From Chloroflexota bacterium (GTDB taxonomy: Bacteria > Chloroflexota > Anaerolineae > Aggregatilineales > J027), in contig QMIT01000009.1 in NCBI GenBank assembly GCA_024434115.1, positions 150,165 through 214,164 of the forward strand: a stretch of DNA of 64,000 bases, given 5' to 3'. This document shows, piece by piece, positions 36,812 through 46,061 of the stretch. Within the stretch, counting starts at the first letter, position 1; the number at the start of each line of letters is the position of its first letter. The notes beneath the pieces are model-generated. The model saw nothing but the letters and a program-made list of their open reading frames with translations. It was not told where the DNA came from and did not search any database. Made by a program: the position numbers and the translations under genes.

Positions 36812-39076
36812 TTACGGGATATAGATACGGTAGGTAAAGTTAATTTGAGTGCCGCTGCGTCCGTCAATGCGAATGACGCCATAACGTCCATCATCGGAAC
36901 GGAATGCAATGGTTGCCCCGGCGGGTGGATTGGCGAAGACGGTACTGGTGGCAGTAGCTACTGCCCCATCATAATGAGCAGTTGCATAATTATCCGATGA
37001 AAACAGCCCAATCAAGGCCCCGTTGATGGCGGTGAGATTTGTGCCGTCCCAACTGATGTCTTGTGTCCCATTGCCAGAAAGATCATCGTTGGCGGCGGCG
37101 GCATAATTGCGTACTTGTTCGGTTTGTACCGCCCGATCTACTTTATAGGAGATATTGAAGATATTGTTGGTTTCACCGACTGCCCCTTCAGCTACCTCGT
37201 TGTTCAAATCGGCGACGATGCCAAGATTGTTTACATTGCCTGTCGCGCCAAAGGTTGTAGACAATACTACTGTGGTGATTTGTCCAGCCCCAAGTCCAGC
37301 GGGCAGATTCTGTGCCGAATAGATGTTGCCCGGTAGGAAGGTGGTTGCCACCGCGAAAGTACCCGCTGCCGATCCACCTTGATTCTTGATGGTGATAGTG
37401 GCTGAGAACAACACATTGGTCGGGATAGGTGAACTGGGGGCCAGCGTTACGTTGGTGATGATAAGATCGGGTTCGGCCTGCACAGTAGTCGCGGACGGGG
37501 TGGGGGTGGCTGGTGCGGCGATAATCGGGAGGGCCAATTGTAGATTACCGGGGTCAAAAATGGTGACATATTGGGCTGTTACCCACGCTACCGTTCCGCG
37601 AAATTGAATGACCAGCCATGTGAAATCGGCATTGCGACCCAAAACGGGTACTTGATCATTGCGGCGCAGTTGTCCAATAATGCTGTAATTGGTCCCCGGC
37701 CCACTGCGGACATTTAAGGTCGCTTCGGTAACGGTAGCCGTCACAACACTGGGGGTTGAGGTTCCTGCCGCAGTCGTCGCGGTTGGCAGTAGGGTCGCAG
37801 TGGCCTGTGGCGGAATTTCTTCATCGGGGGTCGCCCCTTCAATGACTGCCCCAAAACCAGAATCTTCGCGCAGTTCCCCATTGTCGTAGGCGGCAACCGC
37901 CTGAACCCCGCCACTGCCTGTCAGTTCATAAATGATGGCCGTTTGCGAAAGGTCACGTGAATCAGTCACCACTGGGTCGGCAGGGCCGCGCACCAAGCGT
38001 TCAATATCGAGTTGAGATAATCCGGCCCGCACAGCCGCCGCGTCGGTTCCAAAGACTCGTATCACCGAATCCAGTGCAAATAGGCTGTCATAGGCAGCGA
38101 CGGATAGCGGCCCCGGTAGCGTGCCATATTGGGTAATGTATTGGATGGTGAAGGTGCTACCGAGCGCATCATTCGCCCCGAACGACCAGCTATCCACGCC
38201 AATAATTCCGGCGGCGCGTTCATCGTCAAAAAGGTTGCCTTCCAGTACCGCTTGTTGGCCTGTGCGATAAACAAAGCGCCCCTGCCAATTATTAGACTGT
38301 AATTGCGTGAAAACTGTGTAAGCGTCCTGCGGCGGGCCGTACATAATGACCGCGTCAGCATTCAGTTCGGGCAAAGTACGAATTTGATTGGGCAGGTCGG
38401 TGTTGTCGGTCATTTGAATAGTAGCTACGATCTCGGCACCCTGTTGTCCGAGGGCATTGCCTAAGCTGACCGTCGCTTCTGTCCACACAATGTCGGTTTG
38501 CACCAATACCACATCTTGGACTTCCAAAACTCCTACTAGGTATGAAGCAAGGGCGTCACTGTAGGTGCTTTCGGGGGCGACAATACGGAAAATGTTGCTA
38601 GAGGTGTCGGTATTATAGAGGGTTTCGCTGGTCGCACCAGTCAACACCGGAACACTGGCGGCGGAAAGCGCCTCGACGTTCGGCAGGGCCAGACCGTTGT
38701 CATCCGGGCCAAAAATGGCAACCACCCCGGCGTTGGTGAGCGCCTGCAAGACTTCAGGAATGGCTTCGGTTTCTTCAGGCAGAACTTCGGCGACTACCAA
38801 TTGATAAAAGTAGCTGGTATTGTCTGGGCCAGTTGTTCCGCCGCTTTCGTTAATTTGACGAATGGCAAGATCAAGCCCTCGTGCTAAATCACTGTCGGGT
38901 TGGCCGATGTAGCCAATCCTTAGAATGTTATCGGTCTGGCGCTGGCTTGGCCCTGCGAGGGCACTGTTGCCAGCCATTAGCGCAGCAATTAAAGCTATCA
39001 ACACGATGGCCGACCCCAGCCAGACGCCACGTCGGTGGGCATAATCTAGAGAAAACTCATGTTGTGGTTTTTCCAT
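36812..39076 (-). CDS. LivJ-like type I substrate-binding domain fused to SH3b and CARDB-like domains
   Basis: ILRIGYIG, VVAIFGP, NIFRI, AAYDSLF; LNVRSGPGTNYSIIGQL..GRN..WL; EPDLIITNV..TIKNQG..ADLNNEVAE..ETNN; GGAGG RBS before ATG 39076. Confidence 0.82.
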   Translation of the reverse strand: MEKPQHEFSLDYAHRRGVWLGSAIVLIALIAALMAGNSALAGPSQRQTDNILRIGYIGQPDSDLARGLDLAIRQINESGGTTGPDNTSYFYQLVVAEVLPEETEAIPEVLQALTNAGVVAIFGPDDNGLALPNVEALSAASVPVLTGATSETLYNTDTSSNIFRIVAPESTYSDALASYLVGVLEVQDVVLVQTDIVWTEATVSLGNALGQQGAEIVATIQMTDNTDLPNQIRTLPELNADAVIMYGPPQDAYTVFTQLQSNNWQGRFVYRTGQQAVLEGNLFDDERAAGIIGVDSWSFGANDALGSTFTIQYITQYGTLPGPLSVAAYDSLFALDSVIRVFGTDAAAVRAGLSQLDIERLVRGPADPVVTDSRDLSQTAIIYELTGSGGVQAVAAYDNGELREDSGFGAVIEGATPDEEIPPQATATLLPTATTAAGTSTPSVVTATVTEATLNVRSGPGTNYSIIGQLRRNDQVPVLGRNADFTWLVIQFRGTVAWVTAQYVTIFDPGNLQLALPIIAAPATPTPSATTVQAEPDLIITNVTLAPSSPIPTNVLFSATITIKNQGGSAAGTFAVATTFLPGNIYSAQNLPAGLGAGQITTVVLSTTFGATGNVNNLGIVADLNNEVAEGAVGETNNIFNISYKVDRAVQTEQVRNYAAAANDDLSGNGTQDISWDGTNLTAINGALIGLFSSDNYATAHYDGAVATATSTVFANPPAGATIAFRSDDGRYGVIRIDGRSGTQINFTYRIYIP

Positions 39077-39228
39077 CTGGCTCCTCCAAACTAGTCTATT
39101 CATCTCAATTGATCCAAGCATAACATATTCTGGAATTCTATTCTGCCCGCTTGCAAAAAAATCGGTTTCGATTTGTTAAAACTCACGTTACACTGGAAGA
39201 GCTTCAACAATTTCGGGAGGATTTGTGG

Positions 39229-40281
39229 ATGCAGTCGAGCAAAAAACTCTGGTTTTTATTGATTTTAAGCCTCATATTTCATTTAGGCATGGGCCAGACG
39301 ACCTATGCTCAAGGCACACTTGGTACTAAAACTTTTGCGTGGCGTGGGGCCGGGTTAATTATGCAGTACCCGGCGAACTGGCTGCAAGGCGAGTATGAGG
39401 GCCATCCGCTGTTGGTGAGTACCGCCGACGCATTCGAGAAGGCCAGTGATGGGGAAGCCCCCGGCGCACCTGCCCTTACCTTTTTGCACTATCCGCAAAC
39501 GAGCGCCATTGCTCCGGTGGACTTGCTGCGCCTTATTTTTCCCGATCAGACGACCACAGCAACGGTCATCGGTGGACTGGATGCCGTGAGTGTCGAATTT
39601 GAGGACGCGGAAACGGGCCAAACCGTTTGGGCAGCAGCCTTTAAGTCCCCCGTCATCAATCAAGCCCATGTGATAGTGGCTGCTGCTCCTACCGAGGCAT
39701 GGCCCGAATTTGAACCCCAATTGAAGACGATGATTGCTTCTATCCAGTTTTTGGCGGAGACGACGACCCTAGAATTTGCAGGCGGTATTGTCACCTTCAA
39801 CTATCCCAAAAATTGGCACGCGGCGGATAATGGGCAGGTGGTGGTCGTGAGTGAGGATGAAGCTAAATCCGAGGCAGTTTTGGAAGGTGATTTAGCCGAT
39901 GCCCCACCGTTTATCCGTGCCCAACTGCTTGTGCCAAGTGGCATTGGGATTGACCCCACTGCGGACACGGCCCCACGCCAAATTTTGGAGGTTTTCACCG
40001 GACAGCCCCTTCCAATAGTGACCGAATTTGAATGGGGGGATGGCCTGCCAGCAGTCCTGACACTTGTTGAAATTGAGGGTGTCCAGTGGTTGTTGGTCGT
40101 GGTAGTGGACGGGGACAATGCCCTGCTGATGGGGGGTGGCGCAGCGGTTGAGGTATGGCCCACCGCCAGAGTCTGGATTGATGGGGCGTTGCATTTGACC
40201 GTGTATAATGAACAGGTTGCCCCTTTGACCCTAGAGAATATCATTGCGGGTAATGACGGCCCATTTGGGATGGCTCAATAG
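39229..40281 (+). CDS. Secreted protein with two PsbP/Mog1-like repeats
   Basis: Signal peptide; GLIMQYPANW and GIVTFNYPKNW repeats; GGGAGG RBS before ATG 39229. Confidence 0.7.
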   Translation: MQSSKKLWFLLILSLIFHLGMGQTTYAQGTLGTKTFAWRGAGLIMQYPANWLQGEYEGHPLLVSTADAFEKASDGEAPGAPALTFLHYPQTSAIAPVDLLRLIFPDQTTTATVIGGLDAVSVEFEDAETGQTVWAAAFKSPVINQAHVIVAAAPTEAWPEFEPQLKTMIASIQFLAETTTLEFAGGIVTFNYPKNWHAADNGQVVVVSEDEAKSEAVLEGDLADAPPFIRAQLLVPSGIGIDPTADTAPRQILEVFTGQPLPIVTEFEWGDGLPAVLTLVEIEGVQWLLVVVVDGDNALLMGGGAAVEVWPTARVWIDGALHLTVYNEQVAPLTLENIIAGNDGPFGMAQ

Positions 40282-40314
40282 ATGGTTTTCAAGGTGGAGG
40301 TTGGAGTGAACGGT

Positions 40315-41670
40315 ATGCGACTACGTAGATTTACAAGGTTGGGCGGTATTGGAGTGTTGATGCTGCTGTTGATGGTGCTTGCGGCGTGCAGCAATTCGGA
40401 CAAGGATGATACAGAGGATCAGGCGGATAAGGCAGAGACGGCAGAGACGGCAGAGACGGCGACCTCTGAAGTGATCGAAGAATCCTCACCTGAAGCAACG
40501 ACTCCTGTTGAAACGCCAAGTGATGTGACTGAGCCAGTGGTCAATGAGGCTGGTGGTACGGCTGGCGACCCTGCCCAAACCTCAGAGGGTGGGGTGTGGA
40601 AGTGGCATGAATGGGGTCTTGAAATGACCTATCCGGCAGGCTGGCAGGGGATTTTGACTGACGCGCCCTTTGTATTTGTGATTGCTGGCCCAACCGATGA
40701 ATCAGGGCAGGGGCCATACATTGCGGTACAGTCCGGGGCGTATGATACATCCAAAACCTTCCGCGAATTTATGGAAGAACTGACGGCGGCGGACAACACC
40801 ACCCTCACCGATATTACCTTTGGTGGGATCGAGGGGGTAGGCTTTGAAAGCATCAATGAGTCCAGCACCAGTCGGTTTGTGGCGATTCCATACCCTGAAG
40901 GCCAGATTGTCTTGGTTGGTGAAATTGCCTCGACTGAGGAATGGGATACATGGAGTCCGATCATGGACGAAATTATCGCCAGCGCGGTCATTACTCCGCT
41001 CGATCTGGACGAAGCGGCCCTCAATGAGCAGATGCAGGCTAATCTGGAAGCCAATGGCCTTATGACCGTTGGTGATCCCGAAGCTCCCCTGTGGATTGCC
41101 GAATTTATGGATTTCTCGTGCCCCCACTGCTATGACTATTCGGCAGTGATGGATCGCTTGGTACAAGATTATGTGGTTACGGGTAAAGCTCAATTTACGC
41201 TGGCCGTATTAGATTTTGTCGGTGGCGAGGCTTCTACCCTAGCAGCGAAATATCAAATCTGTGGGACAAAATTGGGCGTGGGTTGGACAATGCACCGCCT
41301 CATCTTTGCTGAATATGCTGAAGATCAAGCCGGACGAGCGGCCTATACGGAAGAAAACCTTGCGGCCATGCTTCAAGATTCCGAACTGGATATAGACCAA
41401 GAAGCATTTGAGGCTTGTCTTGCCGATGAAGTGACTGCCACCATCATTGCTGACCATCTGGCATGGTCGGATACTGTCGGAGTTCACTCGACACCTAATG
41501 TTTTGGTGGGGACAAACCGCGACGATGTAGAATTTATGAAACTAGGCGACCAAGAATTGCAAGGCGGTTATCCGCTGTATTATGTCTATCCGATTCTGGA
41601 TACTATGCTCACCGAAGCAGATTCGGCGGCTGTGCCTGCAACGGATTTCGGTAAAGTATTTGGCGGCTAA
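40315..41670 (+). CDS. Lipoprotein with PsbP-like domain and C-terminal DsbA/BdbD-like thioredoxin domain
   Basis: Lipobox LAAC; GLEMTYPAGW; GDPEAP..EFMDFSCPHC; GVHSTP. Alternative start 40282. Confidence 0.85.
   Translation: MRLRRFTRLGGIGVLMLLLMVLAACSNSDKDDTEDQADKAETAETAETATSEVIEESSPEATTPVETPSDVTEPVVNEAGGTAGDPAQTSEGGVWKWHEWGLEMTYPAGWQGILTDAPFVFVIAGPTDESGQGPYIAVQSGAYDTSKTFREFMEELTAADNTTLTDITFGGIEGVGFESINESSTSRFVAIPYPEGQIVLVGEIASTEEWDTWSPIMDEIIASAVITPLDLDEAALNEQMQANLEANGLMTVGDPEAPLWIAEFMDFSCPHCYDYSAVMDRLVQDYVVTGKAQFTLAVLDFVGGEASTLAAKYQICGTKLGVGWTMHRLIFAEYAEDQAGRAAYTEENLAAMLQDSELDIDQEAFEACLADEVTATIIADHLAWSDTVGVHSTPNVLVGTNRDDVEFMKLGDQELQGGYPLYYVYPILDTMLTEADSAAVPATDFGKVFGG
40432..40458 (+). repeat. 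Three tandem 9-bp copies (GCAGAGACG; AET x3) in the coding linker
   Basis: gcagagacg gcagagacg gcagagacg read directly. Confidence 0.8.
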
Positions 41671-41694
41671 ATAACCTCAAATCGCTTGACTTTT

Positions 41695-41729
41695 AAGAAG
41701 GTGGCCCTCGACAAGCCACCTTTTTTATT
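41695..41729 (+). terminator. Intrinsic terminator
   Basis: AAGGTGGC-cctcgacaa-GCCACCTT-TTTTATT. Confidence 0.82.
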
Positions 41730-41950
41730 GCGTAAGGTGGGCTAAGTCGAATTGTTAGAGAATTGTTCGGAGAATGGCTCTCACTTATCAAAAATTAGAT
41801 GAAAAATTTTCACCAAAGTTCCAAATTGTCTTTCATTAAGAAAGTACATAAAAAGTAGACGTTATCTAAATCCATAAAAAGTACCCTTCTGATTCAAAAT
41901 TTAAGTAAAGAACTGCAAATGGGCGATTGTGCAAAATGACCTGACCCCTA

Positions 41951-41979
41951 TTGACGAAAGAAAAGATTAAGAATATCTT
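41951..41979 (+). promoter_or_regulatory. sigma70-type promoter of the ilv-leu operon
   Basis: TTGACG - 17 bp - TATCTT. Confidence 0.65.
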
Positions 41980-42029
41980 TATGGCACGCTAAATCACGCA
42001 ACAATCTAACCATAAAAACAGAACAAATC

Positions 42030-42170
42030 ATGGCACTTTTTGCTCTGCCTATCCTTAGCCTTATCCTCATTACCGGCCTCCTCGTAGTCGTAAGCCTTAC
42101 GAGCGAGGAGAAATGTGCTTCAGACAGCCCGGTAGTGACGCAGCGCCAACTCAAGCCAGAGCAAAGCTAA
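42030..42170 (+). CDS. ilv-leu operon leader peptide (46 aa, MALFALPILSLILITGLLVVVSLTSEEKCASDSPVVTQRQLKPEQS)
   Basis: Read from sequence (below the ORF-track size cutoff): 8 Leu, 3 Ile and 3 Val in the first 23 codons; followed by a terminator. Confidence 0.78.
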   Translation: MALFALPILSLILITGLLVVVSLTSEEKCASDSPVVTQRQLKPEQS

Positions 42171-42193
42171 AGTCACCTAACACAGTAAACCGA

Positions 42194-42231
42194 GACGCCG
42201 TTTGGAGCCACCCCTCCAAGCGGCGTTTTTG
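42194..42231 (+). terminator. Attenuator terminator hairpin
   Basis: ACGCCGTTTGGAG-ccaccc-CTCCAAGCGGCGT followed by TTTT. Confidence 0.85.
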
Positions 42232-42272
42232 TCACCCAGTATTCAGCGAAATGAACTCAGGAGTAATGCAAG

Positions 42273-42482
42273 ATGTCACCCAAGCAAGCCGCTACCAGTC
42301 AGAGCTTTCCACAAAGCCAAACTTACAGTCCATGGACGGATGCGTATCAAACCAACCCCATGCACCTGAACGGCACGTATGCCAATCCCAATGGCAGCAA
42401 GACCACCCCCCGCGAAGATGAAAGCCAATCCCCCACCCATGAAGCCTTATCCCATATTTATGATCTTGACGAGCGAGGATAG
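42273..42482 (+). CDS. Possible small ORF (69 aa, S/T/Q/P-rich) between the attenuator and ilvE
   Basis: AGGAG about 9-10 nt upstream of ATG; no recognisable domain. Confidence 0.35.
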   Translation: MSPKQAATSQSFPQSQTYSPWTDAYQTNPMHLNGTYANPNGSKTTPREDESQSPTHEALSHIYDLDERG

Positions 42483-42602
42483 AAACTTGCTATTGACCCG
42501 TCGGCTCAGTAACCCAATTTGTTGAGGTGAGCAAGTTGGGTGCTGGGGCGGCAAAAAATAGGCAATCCAATCGTTGAATGGTTTGTGTTAAAGAGGAATG
42601 AC

Positions 42603-43553
42603 ATGCCCCTAAAAAATGCTTCTGAATGGATATGGTTTTCTGGAAACTGGGTTCCTTGGCATGAGGCCACTGTTCATGTCAGCACCCATGCCCTGCACTA
42701 TGGCAGCAGTGTATTTGAGGGCATCCGCACCTATGCCACCGACAATGGCCCGGCGGTCTTTCGCCTAACCGACCATATGGCCCGTTTTATGTACAGCGCC
42801 AAGATCATGCGGATGGGCGATCAACTCGAATTTAGCCAAGCCGAACTCGAAGTTGCCTGCGTTGACTTAGTAGCCCGCAACAAACAAAAATCCTGCTATA
42901 TCCGCCCATTGGCTTTCCGGGACAGCGAATCATTTGGCCTGAATGCAGCAGGGCAAAAGGTCGAAGTGGTGATTATCTCGATTGAATGGGGGCGCTATCT
43001 GGGGGCAGACGGCATTGAAAATGGGGTAGATGTAGCTGTCACCAGTTGGCGGCGCATCGCATCCAGCCCGATGGCAAAGGTCGGTGGTCAATACGTTAAT
43101 AACCAACAGGTGGCAATGGAAGCCAAACGACATGGTTACACCGAAGGCATTGCACTCGACGCGGATGGTAATCTCAGCGAGGGGGCAGGCGAAAATCTGT
43201 TTCTGATTATGAATGGCACGATCTATACCCCACCTGTTGCGTCCAGCATTCTATCTGGCATCACCCGCGACACCGCCCTAACCCTCGCCGCTGATCTGGG
43301 TATCCCCGTGCGTGAGGAAACATTGGTGCGCGAGATGCTCTATATCGCCGATGAAATCTTTATGACTGGGACGGCGGCTGAAATTACACCCATCCGCAGT
43401 GTAGACGGCTTGCAGGTGGGCAATGGCAAGCGCGGCCCAATCACCAAAGCCTTACAGGATGCGTTTTTTGCTACCGTTGAGGGGCGTTCACCCGATGTAC
43501 ACGGTTGGCTGACCTATGTCCAACAACCCATTGCAGAAGCAGGCGACGATTAG
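42603..43553 (+). CDS. ilvE: Branched-chain amino acid aminotransferase
   Basis: HALHYGSSVFEGIR, YIRP, AKVGGQY, SEGAGENLF, ILSGITR, ADEIFMTGTAAEITP. Confidence 0.96.
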   Translation: MPLKNASEWIWFSGNWVPWHEATVHVSTHALHYGSSVFEGIRTYATDNGPAVFRLTDHMARFMYSAKIMRMGDQLEFSQAELEVACVDLVARNKQKSCYIRPLAFRDSESFGLNAAGQKVEVVIISIEWGRYLGADGIENGVDVAVTSWRRIASSPMAKVGGQYVNNQQVAMEAKRHGYTEGIALDADGNLSEGAGENLFLIMNGTIYTPPVASSILSGITRDTALTLAADLGIPVREETLVREMLYIADEIFMTGTAAEITPIRSVDGLQVGNGKRGPITKALQDAFFATVEGRSPDVHGWLTYVQQPIAEAGDD

Positions 43554-43589
43554 ATTTGTGGGATAACAAGTTTTGAGGAGGCAGGCAAA

Positions 43590-45326
43590 ATGAAATTAAC
43601 TGGTGCTGAAATTGTTTGGGAATGTTTATTACGTGAAGGTGTTGATCTCGTATTTGGGTATCCCGGCGGCGCGATTTTGCCAATCTATGACGCGCTGACC
43701 AAGTATCCACAGATTCGCCATGTTTTGCCGCGACACGAACAGGGCGGAACTCACATGGCCGAAGGCTATGCCCGCGCGACGGGTAAAGTTGGTGTAATGC
43801 TGGCGACCAGCGGCCCCGGCGCAACTAATCTGGTGACGGGTCTCGCCAACGCCATGATGGACTCGTCCCCATTGGTGGCGATTACAGGGCAAGTTCCATT
43901 AGGCGCAATTGGCACGGACGCCTTCCAAGAAACCGACGTCACAGGCTGTACGCTGCCTGTCACCAAGCACAGTTATCTGGTGACGCGCACCGAAGATATT
44001 GCTTATACCATCCGCGAGGCCTTCCATATCGCGCGGACGGGGCGACCCGGCCCGGTACTGGTAGACATCCCCAAAGATGTTCAAAATAAAGTGATTGAAT
44101 TCCACTATCCCGAAAGTGAACTGCGTCTACCCGGATATAACGTGCCGGGGAAAGCCCACCCCAAAGAGATTGAAGCCGCGTTGGACTTGATTCATAGCGC
44201 CAAACGCCCACTGATCTTGGCGGGACATGGCGTGTTGATGTCGGGGGCAATGGACGAGATCCGTAGTTTTGCTGAAATTACGCAAACACCTGTTGCGCTG
44301 ACCCTGTTGGGCAAGGGCGGTTTTCCAGAAAACCATCCGCTGTGTGTCGGCATGATGGGGATGCACGGCACTGCGGCGGCGAATCAGGCCATCCAACAGT
44401 CCGACCTATTGCTGGCGTTTGGGATGCGTTTTGATGACCGAGTGACGGGCAATCTCAAGACCTACTCACCCGACTCCAAGAAAATTCATGTCGAAATTGA
44501 CCCCAGTGAAATCAATAAAAATGTCAAAGTAGATGTCGGCATCGTTGGTGATTTGAAAATGGTACTGCGCCAACTACTGCCCAAATTGCAGACCGGGCAA
44601 CATCAAGAGTGGATTGGTCAAATCCGCGATTGGGAAGAAGACACCAGCGAACGTGATATTCTGTTGCGACTAGCGGCTCATCCCGATGGTAAATTGTGGG
44701 CGGCGCAGGTCATTGCTGAATTGTTCCGCTGCACGGAAGGCAAAGCGCTCACCGTCAGCGATGTGGGTCAACATCAAATGTTGGAGGCCCAATATTATCC
44801 CCACACCCGCCCGCACAGCCTTTTAACGAGCGGTGGTTTGGGCACTATGGGCTTTGGGATGCCCGCCGCGATTGGCGCGAAATTGGGCCGACCCGATGAG
44901 GAAGTTTGGGCAATTGTCGGCGATGGCGGTTTCCAAATGACGCTGACCGAACTCGGCACGGCGATGCAGGAGCATGTCAACATTAACATCGCCATCATCA
45001 ACAATTCGTTCTTGGGGATGGTGCGCCAATGGCAGGAATTTTTCTATGAAGAGCGCTATCAATCCACCCCACTGAAAAATCCTGACTTTGTGAAGCTGGC
45101 TGCCGCCTATGATATTCCGGCACGACGGGTCAGCACCAAAGAGGAAATCGAAGAGGCTGTACAGTGGGCACGCAGCATTGATGGCCCGACGTTGATTGAA
45201 TTTGTGGTCGTCCAAAACGATATTGTGTACCCGATGGTACCCGCCGGGGCAGACCTACATGCCATGATCCGCCGCCCCAAGCCCAGTGAATCGCCCGATT
45301 TTGAAAATAATCCCACAGCTATCTGA
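43590..45326 (+). CDS. ilvB: Acetolactate synthase large subunit
   Basis: FGYPGGAILP, RHEQGG, ATSGPGATN, RFDDRVTG, SGGLGTMGFG, GDGGFQM, GMVRQWQ. Confidence 0.97.
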   Translation: MKLTGAEIVWECLLREGVDLVFGYPGGAILPIYDALTKYPQIRHVLPRHEQGGTHMAEGYARATGKVGVMLATSGPGATNLVTGLANAMMDSSPLVAITGQVPLGAIGTDAFQETDVTGCTLPVTKHSYLVTRTEDIAYTIREAFHIARTGRPGPVLVDIPKDVQNKVIEFHYPESELRLPGYNVPGKAHPKEIEAALDLIHSAKRPLILAGHGVLMSGAMDEIRSFAEITQTPVALTLLGKGGFPENHPLCVGMMGMHGTAAANQAIQQSDLLLAFGMRFDDRVTGNLKTYSPDSKKIHVEIDPSEINKNVKVDVGIVGDLKMVLRQLLPKLQTGQHQEWIGQIRDWEEDTSERDILLRLAAHPDGKLWAAQVIAELFRCTEGKALTVSDVGQHQMLEAQYYPHTRPHSLLTSGGLGTMGFGMPAAIGAKLGRPDEEVWAIVGDGGFQMTLTELGTAMQEHVNINIAIINNSFLGMVRQWQEFFYEERYQSTPLKNPDFVKLAAAYDIPARRVSTKEEIEEAVQWARSIDGPTLIEFVVVQNDIVYPMVPAGADLHAMIRRPKPSESPDFENNPTAI

Positions 45327-45441
45327 AGTGCTCCTCCTAACCGACCCACACCTCCGGTGATTGACGGTAGAGCTAGAACCGAGCCGGGGGTGATGGGAAG
45401 GGGGATTTATGAGATCGCTGAGGTATCAGGAGAAAGAAAAG

Positions 45442-46014
45442 ATGAAACATACCCTAATCTGTTTGGTCGAAAATAAACCCGGTGTGTTAAACCGCGTGGT
45501 CAGCCTGTTCCGACGCCGCAACTTCAATATGGACAGCTTGACGGTGGGCCGCACCCACAACCCCGATATTTCGCGTATCACGGTGGTGATGGAAGCCGAA
45601 CCGGGGGATGGCAAAAAGGTCGTCATGATGCTGTACAAGCTGATTGACGTGATCGAAGTACAGGATGTCACCAATATCCCCACCATTAACCGCGACTTGG
45701 CACTGGTTAAGGTCAGAACTCCCGATGCTTATGCTCGGAATGCCGTCACCGACCTTTGTTATGAACGCGGGGCACGCTTGGTAGATATTGGCCCAGAAGT
45801 GACGATTGTGGAGTTGGCCGGGGCCGAGGAAAGTGTTGAAAGTTTTGTGGAAGCCCTCCACCAATTTGAAATTGTTGAGATGGTGCGAACCGGACGGGTC
45901 AGCATGGGACGCGGCATTCGCACAATGGAACAGCGCGACTATAAATCCACCCGTTTTGCGGCCTATGCCCCGTCGGTCAATGGCGGCGGGTCGGCGGAAC
46001 ATGACGACGAATAG
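45442..46014 (+). CDS. ilvN: Acetolactate synthase small (regulatory) subunit
   Basis: LVENKPGVLNRVVSLFRRRNFNMDSLTV ACT domain; EMVRTG. Confidence 0.95.
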   Translation: MKHTLICLVENKPGVLNRVVSLFRRRNFNMDSLTVGRTHNPDISRITVVMEAEPGDGKKVVMMLYKLIDVIEVQDVTNIPTINRDLALVKVRTPDAYARNAVTDLCYERGARLVDIGPEVTIVELAGAEESVESFVEALHQFEIVEMVRTGRVSMGRGIRTMEQRDYKSTRFAAYAPSVNGGGSAEHDDE

Positions 46015-46061
46015 CTAGATAACGCATTTATTATCTCAATCACATAAGGAAAGCAATCAAG

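Noticed and set aside
40279-40284. In-frame TAG-ATG junction suggesting readthrough fusion
   Set aside because: The downstream ORF has its own RBS, signal peptide and lipobox, so it is an independent gene
41841-41883. CATAAAAAGTA direct repeat upstream of the ilv promoter
   Set aside because: Two A-rich copies in an AT-rich region; no regulator can be assigned
42480-42560. T-box riboswitch before ilvE (AAGTTGGGTG resembles the start of a T-box)
   Set aside because: The essential TGGNACC bulge is absent (GGGTGCTGGGG) and I found no stem I/specifier motifs; the leader-peptide model fits better
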